Shown here piece after piece: positions 58,207 through 64,000 of a DNA stretch of 64,000 nt. The stretch comes from an uncultured Chloroflexia bacterium. Its GTDB lineage: Bacteria > Chloroflexota > Limnocylindria > Limnocylindrales > CSP1-4. Each line of letters starts with the position of its first letter. The stretch's first letter is position 1. The stretch spans positions 1-64,000 of the forward strand of contig CAWHXD010000006.1 in NCBI GenBank assembly GCA_963833225.1, written 5' to 3'. Under the pieces are notes generated by a model. It did no database searches. It saw nothing but the letters and a program-made list of their open reading frames with translations, and was not told the origin of the DNA. Made by a program: the position numbers and the translations under genes.

Positions 58207-60917
58207 TGGCCGACCTCATCATCCGCCCCGAGGACGCCGAGACCCCGGACAGCGCGCCCGTGCCCGAGAACAGCCCGGCCGCCTACGAGCGCCTTCGCGA
58301 GGTCCGCCCGGACGCAAAGCTGCCCGCCGGCTGGGACACGATCACGCCTCGCGAGGACACCCTCGCCGAGCGCCTGATCACGACCCAGAGCCCGCAGCGG
58401 CCGCAGAGCACGCCGCGGATCCGGCTGGAGGTCGACGGCCGCGTCGTCGAGGGCTTCGAGGGCCAGACGATCCTCGAGGTCTGTCGCGACAACGGGATCG
58501 AGATCCCCACCCTGTGCTACGAGCCCAAGCTCCCGGGCTTCGGTGCCTGCCGGATGTGCGTGGTCGAGGTGGAGGGCGAGGAGCAGCCGCCGATCTCCTG
58601 CTCCCGCGTCGCCGAGCCGGAGATGAAGGTCCAGACGCAGACCGACGAGCTGCGCCGGCTCCGGAAGACCAGCCTCGAGCTGATCTTCTCGGACCACAAC
58701 GCCTACTGCCTGCCGCCATGCCAGAACAAGTGCCCCAGCCACATCGACATCCCGGGCTTCCTCAAGGCCAACGCCGAGGCCAGCTGGACGGAGTCGGTGC
58801 GGATCTTCAAGCGCACGATCCCGTTCCCCAGCGTGCTCGGCCGCGTCTGCCCCGCCCCGTGCGAGGAGCACTGCCGGCGGGACGAGGTGGACGAGGCGAT
58901 CGCCATCCGCGACAGCCACCGCTACGCGGGCGACCAGGTCATCAAGGCGATGCTCGACGATGGCGTCGATCCGCCGCTGCCGTTCGAGAAGCAGGCTCCG
59001 TCCGGCCGCCGCGCCGCCGTGATCGGGTCCGGCCCGGCCGGCATGAGCGCCGCGTACTACCTGCTGCTCGCCGGCCACGACGTGACCGTGTTCGAGCGCG
59101 ACCCGGCCCCGGGCGGCATGCTCCGCTACGGCATCCCGCAGTACCGCCTGCCCAAGGTCGAGGTCCTCGAGGCGGAGTACGAGTCCGTCACCCGGCTCGG
59201 CGGCAAGATGCGCTGCAACATGGAGCTGGGCAAGGACTTCACGCTCGACGACCTCCAGCACCAGGGGTTCGACAGCGTCGTCATCGCCATCGGCTGCTAC
59301 GACACCAACAAGCTGGGCATCCCCGGACGAGGACGCCGACGGCGTCATCGACGGCCTGGAGTACCTGCGCACGGCCACGCTGGGCCTGCCGTACCCGGGC
59401 CACGAGGGCACCCGGGTGGTCGTCGTGGGCGGCGGCTTCACCGCGATGGACTGCGTCCGCACCTCGGTCCGCCAGGGCGCAGGCGAGGTCACGCTCGTCT
59501 ACCGCCGCGACATGAAGGACATGCCGGCGGCCTCGGAGGTTCACGAGGCGATCGAGGAGGGCGTCACCGCCATCTTCCAGGCCGGGCCGACGCGCGTCAT
59601 CAAGGACGAGGAGACCGGCAAGACCACGGGCGTCGAGTTCATCCGGATGAAGCTCGGCGAGCCCGACGCGTCCGGCCGGCGCCGCCCCGAGCCGGCGGCC
59701 GGCACCGAGTTCACGATCCCCTGCGACCGCGTCCTGCTGGCCATCGGCCAGGGACCGGACCTGCGCCTGGTTCGGCCCCGGCAACGAGGGCCTGAGCGCC
59801 ACCCGGAACCGCCGGCTCCAGGCCGATGCGGTCACGTTCGAGACCGGCCGCCCGGGCGTGTTCGCGACCGGCGACGTCCGGATCGGCGCCGCGACCGTGG
59901 TCCAGGCCATCGCGGAGGGACGGCGGGCCGCCTACGCCGTGGATGCCTACCTGAAAGGCAACGACCTGTCGGCGATCCGGACCCGCCAGACCCTCGCCGA
60001 GCCGCAGCCGGAGTTCCTCTCCATCGTGCCGTTCACGGGCGAGATCAAGGAGCCCCGCTACCGGCTGAAGGCGCTGGAGGCGGAGGAGCGCAACCACAGC
60101 TACACCGAGTACGAGATCCCGTACACCCGCGACGAGGCCGTCGCGGAGTCCACCCGCTGCCTCCAGTGCACCTGCGAGGCGATCGGGTTCTGCGACCTGC
60201 GCCGGCTGGGGATCGAGTACGGGACGACGCTCAAGACCCTGGAGAAGACCTTCCACCAGGGGGCCGGGTACCGCTCGGTGACCGAGAACCGGTTCACCGG
60301 CGTCAACCACGACTACGTCCGGGACGACTCGCACGCGTTCATCCTGCGCGAGCCCTCCCGGTGCATCGACTGCGGCCGCTGCGCCAACGTCTGCGCGGAG
60401 GTCGTGGGTGCCGCCTGCTACGACTTCATGCGGATCGGCTTCGACACCCTGGTGACGACGCCGCTCGACATGAGCCTCAACGACACGCCCTGCGTGTCCT
60501 GCGGCCGCTGCGCGGAGACGTGCCCCACGGGCGCGCTGATGCCCAAGCCGCGCGTCCTCCAGAAGTACGAGGTCGACGAGAGCCGCTGCATCCTGTGCGG
60601 CATCTGCGTCGACGCCTGCCCCTATGACGCCGTCCGCGACAGCGACCAGTTCGAGCTCAGCCACACGTCCCGCGAGGAGCCAGAAATCGACCTCCTCGCG
60701 CTGGCCTCGATCGAGCGCGAGACGGAGATGAGCTACATCCGCCGCGAGCGGGACTGGGCGGAGCGTGCACGGGCCGAGGGCCGGATCCTCGACGATGCCC
60801 GGCTGCTCCCCGTCCTTCCCGCCTCGCTCGCGGGCGGACGCGGGGAATGGGAACGGGAACGGGAACGGCGCCCGGCTGGGTGCCGGGAACGGGGCCGGCC
60901 ACGCCAACGACGGCTGA
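58206..60917 (+). CDS. NuoG-N Fe-S domains with inserted GltD/NfnB-like FAD-NADPH module, fused to NuoI C-terminal half (indels near 59325, 59765, 60840)
   Basis: IPTLC...GACRMCVVE...SC; PCQNKCP, LGRVCPAPCEEHCRR; VIGSGPAG; GGGFTAMD...VYRR; RCIDCGRC, CVSCGRCAETCPTGAL; KYEVDESRCILCGICVDACP. Confidence 0.85.
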
Positions 60918-60926
60918 GAGGGACGC

Positions 60927-61473
60927 GTGACGCTGCCAGAGACGATCCCGCTGCTCGGGCTCGGATGGAATGACCTGCTGTTCCTGACCTTCGCGGGCAT
61001 CATGGTCGGGTCGGCGCTGCTGGTCGTCCTGATGCGGGACATCATCCGCTGCGGCCTGGCCATGATCATCTGCTTCGCCGCGCTGGCCGGGCTGTACGTG
61101 TTCGCCGGTGCCACGGTCGTCGCCGCGGCCCAGGTGCTGGTCTACATCGGCGCGATCAGCGTGCTCGTCCTGTTCGCGATCATGCTGACCCAGACCAAGT
61201 CCGGCCCCGCCTCGCTGGTGTTCCAGACCCAGGCCTTCCCGGCAGCGATCGCGGCCGCGGTGCTCGCGATGCTGATCGCGGTCGTGGTCGCGGCGACCGA
61301 CTGGCCGGGCTGGCCATCGCTCGGCAGGCTGGTCGAGAGCTCCGCCGCGGACGTGGCCAACAGGCTGTTCGCCAAGTTCATGCTCCCGTTCGAGGTGGTC
61401 AGCGTCCTGCTCCTCGCGGCGGTCATCGGCGGGGTGTTCATCGCCAAGCGCGAGCGGGGAGGTGAGCGACTGA
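60927..61473 (+). CDS. nuoJ: complex I subunit J
   Basis: AAQVLVYIGAISVLVLFAIML, LPFEVVSVLLLAAVIG; reads through into nuoK in this sequence. Confidence 0.93.
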
Positions 61474-61805
61474 TGCTCGCCTTCCTCGACAACATCTCCG
61501 CGAGCCTCGACGCGTACCTCGTCCTGTCGGGCCTGCTGTTCGCGATCGGGTCGTTCGGGTTCCTCGCCCGCCGGAACGCGATCTCGATGCTGATGTCCAT
61601 CGAGCTCATGCTCAACGCGGTCAACCTCGCGGTCATCTCGTTCGGCGCGTTCACCCTCAAGCTCAACGTGGACGCATCCGTCATCGCGCTCATCGTCATG
61701 GCGTCCGCGGCCGCGGAGGCGACGGTTGGCCTGGCGCTCGTGATCGCGATCTTCCGCAACAAGAAGACGCCGCTCGTCGACGAGTACGACGCGATGAGCC
61801 AGTAG
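61473..61805 (+). CDS. nuoK: complex I subunit K
   Basis: RBS GGAGGTGA; RRNAISMLMSIELMLNAVN, AAAEATVGLAL. Confidence 0.95.
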   Translation: MLAFLDNISASLDAYLVLSGLLFAIGSFGFLARRNAISMLMSIELMLNAVNLAVISFGAFTLKLNVDASVIALIVMASAAAEATVGLALVIAIFRNKKTPLVDEYDAMSQ

Positions 61806-61817
61806 GCGGGGATCGAG

Positions 61818-63816
61818 ATGTACGAGACGCTGATCCCGCTCATCCCGCTGCTCCCCATCCTGGGCTTCGCCTTCACGGCCCTGTTCGGGCGACGGCTGCA
61901 GCTCCGCTTCGGGCGCACCGCGGCGGAGATCGTGCCCCTGGCGCTCGTCGCGGCGTCATGGGTGATCGCGATGGTCGTCGTGGTGCCGGCGCTCACCCAC
62001 GCCGAGCCGTTCGGCGAGCACGGCCTGGACGTCAATCTCTGGACCTGGATCCCGGCCGGCGACTTCACGGTCCAGATGGGCTTCCACGTCGACGCCCTCA
62101 CCGCCGCCCTGCTGATCGTGGTGACCACGATCGGGATGCTGGTCCACCTGTACTCGGTCGGGTACATGGCCCACGACAAGGGCACCTGGCGGTTCTTCGC
62201 CTACCTCAACCTGTTCATGTTCTCGATGCTCCTGCTGGTGCTGGCCAACAACTGGCTGCTCGTGTTCGCCGGCTGGGAGCTGGTCGGCCTGTCCTCGTAC
62301 AGCCTGATCGGGTTCTGGTACCACAAGCGCTCGGCCGCCCTGGCCGCCAAGAAGGCGTTCATCGTCAACCGCGTGGGCGACGTGGGCTTCGCGCTCGGGA
62401 TCATGGCCATCTTCGTCAACACCGGGACGATGAACATCCAGGACTCGCTGGCGAAGCTGACCACGTGAGGGCGCCTCGTTCCCGATCCCGGTCACGATCG
62501 TCGCGCTGCTGGTGTTCGCGGGCGCCATGGGCAAGAGCGCCCAGTTCCCGCTCCACGTCTGGCTGCCGGACGCGATGGAGGGCCCCACCCCGGTGTCCGC
62601 CCTCATCCACGCGGCGACGATGGTCAACGCCGGCGTCTACCTCGTCGCCCGCGCCAACCCGCTGTTCGCCCACGCGTCGGACGCGATGGTCGTGGTGGCG
62701 GCGATCGGGATCTTCACCGCGATCCTCGCCGCCTCGATCGCGTTCACGCAGACCGACATCAAGCGCGTGCTCGCGTACTCGACGCTGTCCCAGCTGGGCT
62801 ACATGTTCGCCGCCCTCGGCGTGGGCGCCTACACGGCGGCGATCTTCCACCTCATGACCCACGGCTTCTTCAAGGGCCTGCTGTTCCTGGGGTCCGGCTC
62901 GGTGATCCACGCGGTCCACGAGGAGCAGGACATGAACCGGATGGGCGGCCTGTGGCGGAAGATCCCGATCACCCACTGGACGATGCTCGTCGGCTCGATC
63001 GCCATCGCGGGCATCCCGCCCCTGGCGGGCTTCTTCTCCAAGGACGAGATCCTGGGCGAGGCGTTCAAGTTCGGCTTCACCTGGGTCTGGCTCATCGGCC
63101 TCGTGGTCGCGGGCATGACGGCGTTCTACATGTGGCGCCTGATGGGCAAGACGTTCTACGGCGAGTCCCGCGTGGACCCGCACACCGAGCCCAAGGTCCA
63201 CGAGTCGGCCTGGCAGATGACGGTGCCGCTGATCCTGCTGGCGATCCCGGCCGCCCTGCTGGGTCTGGCGCTCACCTGGGGTGGTCTGCCGCTCACCCGG
63301 AGGGCACGGGGCTGCTGACCGGCTGGCTCGAGCCCGTGTTCGCGGCGTCCGAGGAACATCTGCACGGCGCCAAGGAGGCCTACCAGCTGTTCGGCGCCAT
63401 CGACGGCGTCCTGATCATCGCCAGCGTGGCGGTGGCCACCATCGGGCTGGTCGTCGGCTGGGCCCTGTTCGGCTTCTTCAACCGACGCGGCCGACAGGCG
63501 ACCGTGGACGGCATCGTCGCCTCCAACGGGGCCACCCGGTTCCTGTACCGCGCCACCCTCAACAAGTGGTGGTTCGACGAGATCAACGACCTGCTGTTCA
63601 TCCGGATCGGCGGACGCGTCGCCGCCGATCCTGTGGTGGTTCGACCGCACCATCGTCGATGGCACCGTCAACGGGGTGGGCACCGTCGTCCGCGGCGCGG
63701 GCGGCGGGCTGCGGCAGATCCAGACCGGCCGCGTCCAGAACTACGCGCTGGGCATCGCGATCGGCCTGCTGGTGATGGCCGGCTCGTTCCTGCTGATCGT
63801 GGGGCAGTCCCGATGA
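61818..63816 (+). CDS. nuoL: complex I subunit L (frameshifts near 62465, 63300, 63630)
   Basis: [69 protein letters not shown]. Confidence 0.95.
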
Positions 63817-64000
63817 CCGGCCTCGACGGGCTGCCGCTCGTGACCCTGGTGACCTTCCTGCCGGCGCTCGGCGCGCTCGCCGTCGCCATCACGCCGACGT
63901 CCCGGCCGAACGTCGCGCGCTACACGGCGCTGGGGTTCGCGCTGGCGGCATGGGTCGTCTCGCTGGTGATGCTGGCCGGGTTTGACGCCACTGCGGCCGC
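63813..64000 (+). CDS. nuoM: complex I subunit M, 5' part only
   Basis: ATGA overlap with nuoL; LPLVTLVTFLPALGALAV first helix; operon position. Confidence 0.8.
   Translation, partial: MTGLDGLPLVTLVTFLPALGALAVAITPTSRPNVARYTALGFALAAWVVSLVMLAGFDATAA

Noticed and set aside
60843-60870. GGGAAC hexamer repeat
   Set aside because: Encodes a low-complexity GNGNGN tail; no evidence for a separate function.
58206-60917. Three separate genes or a glutamate synthase small subunit
   Set aside because: Breaks fall mid-domain and continue seamlessly in adjacent frames; there is no gltB and the flanking NuoG/NuoI-type domains argue against GltD proper.
60927-61805. Apparent NuoJ-NuoK fusion (single 292-aa ORF)
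   Set aside because: nuoK has its own RBS (GGAGGTGA) and a TGATG overlap at 61471-61475; removing one G from the GGGG run near 61456 restores a normal nuoJ stop. Probably an indel artefact.
1-64000. tRNA, rRNA, riboswitch, IS or prophage elements
   Set aside because: No recognisable signatures seen by eye; a covariance-model search would be needed to exclude small RNAs.

Overview
Very high-GC bacterial chromosomal segment. Gene content and order suggest Chloroflexota (inference). Many conserved genes are broken by single-base indels, most likely long-read consensus errors, so several calls are stitched across frames. 1-5.8 kb is an accessory patch of gene remnants, an ArsR/CDF metal-efflux pair and an XRE-membrane operon. 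5.8-15.3 kb holds three c-di-GMP enzymes around an ECF sigma module. 15.5-36 kb carries housekeeping and transport genes: thioesterase, acyP, holB, an NYN protein with a long disordered tail, a liv ABC operon whose LivG has a membrane hairpin, hpt, csoR, rsmG and a KimA-like/USP/TrkA cluster. 36-44.5 kb is an hsp20-hspR-lon-dnaJ-clpB operon. purH, glpX, folK and a MidA-like methyltransferase follow, and a complex I operon runs off the right edge. The standout is that nuoI appears split in two, with an electron-input cassette inserted between the halves. The cassette is NuoE-N-domain / degenerate NuoF / NuoG-N::GltD (Stn/Nfn-like). The NuoI N-half is fused to the cassette's first gene and the C-half to its last gene, suggesting an NADPH-fed complex I variant. 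No rRNA, tRNA, transposase or cas genes were recognised.
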